This document shows, one piece after another, positions 34,244 to 35,796 of a stretch of DNA of 35,796 bases. The DNA is from Rotaria sordida (Eukaryota). How positions within the stretch are numbered: the first letter of the stretch is position 1; every line of letters begins with the position of its first letter. A model generated the notes under the pieces. It was given only the letters and a program-made list of their open reading frames with translations. It made no database searches and was not told the origin of the DNA. The translations under genes and the position numbers were made by a program. Location: the NCBI GenBank assembly GCA_905250005.1, contig CAJNOH010000132.1, positions 192,940-228,735 of the forward strand, in the 5' to 3' direction.

Positions 34244-35796
34244 CTATCAAATATTTAGATTCAAGGATCAACTAAAAATAGACTGATTATTTTATGTTGT
34301 GTTGTTTATCTTTTTTTTCTATGTTCTAGTTTTTCTTCAATATCAAAAAATTTCAAATAAAAATCTTCAAATTTTATCATAGAACAACGCTAAAAAATTT
34401 TTAATTCAAACTGACATTATTTAGTATATACGTTAAATACTTTTTAATCAACTATTATAAAAAAGAAACTATCAAAAAAGTTCTCTCTTAATTAATTTGT
34501 CAAGAACAATCTAATACAAATGTTTGTAACAGATGATAAAAGTGCAGTTTTCCGTTTCAAATCAAATTGATGTCTAGATGCTACATTTATATTGTCATTG
34601 GATGTGTGTTAATTCCTGATCGAATAACTGAACTATGTTTCAATCATCAAGTTCTTTTCTGAGAAGAACGGAAATTAATGTATTGAACATCTTATTTTTC
34701 TTATGCGTTTCATCTGTGACTACTCCAAATAAGGCCATGTAGTAAACATACATAAGTATGCTGGAATGAAGCCGTCAGAAATTTATTGCTATTTAGAATA
34801 AAATCAAATGTTCAAAAGAATTTAACTTCATGATCGTCATTCTTTTCTAAATTATGCTTTTGTCAAAAAGATTTTTTATTGTCATATTGAATATCAGGAA
34901 GAAACCTTGGATTGCTGGTTTGTTTTCCGACATCAGAAGTTCATCTGTTCTATATTAATAGAAAGGCGAAGAAAAATTATTGTTTTTCGAATTTAGATTA
35001 TCGAACATTAAAAATAGTCTTTATTATTGCATTCTGATTTCGGCCACGGTGAAGCCATGTTCTTCTTTACTTTTATTTTTTTTTTTTTATTAATCTTAAT
35101 TATTCAGTAAATGAAATAAAATATATAAGAATTCTTTTTTTTCCTGTTTTATTTATAGGCTGAGAGATTCGTTGTATAGTAATTTATGAACAAACAAGAC
35201 ATAAATAACAATAGAATGAAATGCAAAAATTATTGCGCATACACTGGTTATATGGTCATACATGGTTTTGTGCGCGACCATTTACGACTGTTATAACTCT
35301 TGACTTGAAGAAATTTATTCTCACGAGCAGAAGTTGAATTTAGTTTTGAAAAAGTATCACCATATAGTGAAAAAAAATCATGTTTCAATGTGTGACAGAA
35401 AAACTTTTCTTTCAACACCTATGTTTGTAATCACGTTTCATCTATTTTCGTTTGTTTAAAATGGCATCACTGCAACATAATTTACATATTGCTATATTTC
35501 TAACGAATCGATAAAATAATTCCATCATGATGTTGATTGCATTGCTTCTATTAATTTTTTCTACAAAACAAATGTCATTGAATACACAACAAAATAAAAA
35601 TAAATTCGTTTTTGCGCTCTCTCTCTCTCAAAGTAGTCACTCATTCATTCGTTGTACGGCAAAATAACGACGCGTTTTTGTACAATAGTGATTGAAGTAA
35701 GAGAAACGATTACATTTTGAATTCTCTTCCCCTCATTAGAAATAGATTTTTTTTACAGAACACTATCATATAGAAAATCATTGTTAGATTTATTTT

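Noticed and set aside
1-35796. Prokaryotic-style systems (operons, CRISPR arrays, defence islands, rRNA)
   Set aside because: The sequence is clearly eukaryotic: GT-AG introns, phase-consistent split genes homologous to metazoan MVP, SPTLC2 and UBE2L3, no Shine-Dalgarno or operon structure, and no direct-repeat/spacer arrays.

Overview
This is AT-rich, intron-containing eukaryotic (metazoan) DNA with short 50-110 bp introns, most plausibly from a flatworm-like invertebrate; I cannot name the organism from sequence alone. I found no prokaryotic features: no operons, CRISPR arrays or rRNA. Seven protein-coding loci can be supported by reading the frames and splice sites directly. (1) A signal-peptide, cysteine-rich WAP-like gene on the minus strand at 2302-2718. 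(2) The 5' two-thirds of a major vault protein gene on the minus strand at 3618-5458, in 6 exons. I could not find its C-terminal third downstream. (3) A rhodopsin-type GPCR-like 3' exon on the plus strand at 6833-7601. (4) An intronless cytochrome P450 on the plus strand at 9181-10716, with all canonical motifs. (5) A small 3-exon ZnF-UBP protein on the minus strand at 12837-13353. (6) A UBE2L3-like E2 ubiquitin-conjugating enzyme on the minus strand at 16908-17583, in 3 exons with a poly-Ala insertion. (7) A complete 11-exon serine palmitoyltransferase LCB2/SPTLC2 gene on the plus strand at 27894-33147. The non-coding space is unusually structured. It holds a dispersed family of at least 8 homologous hairpin-forming GT-rich/AC-rich inverted-repeat elements; the copy at 6706 contains (GGGTGT)10, a G-quadruplex motif. 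It also holds a ~1.1 kb near-perfect palindrome/foldback at 25665-26770. A foldback-type DNA-transposon-like element at 19786-21240 has arms made of tandem subrepeats and encloses a stop-interrupted SWIM-zinc-finger ORF. A cluster of palindromic GACTAGTC-core sites at 141-560 includes a perfect 16-bp palindrome. There are two copies of a further dispersed repeat.
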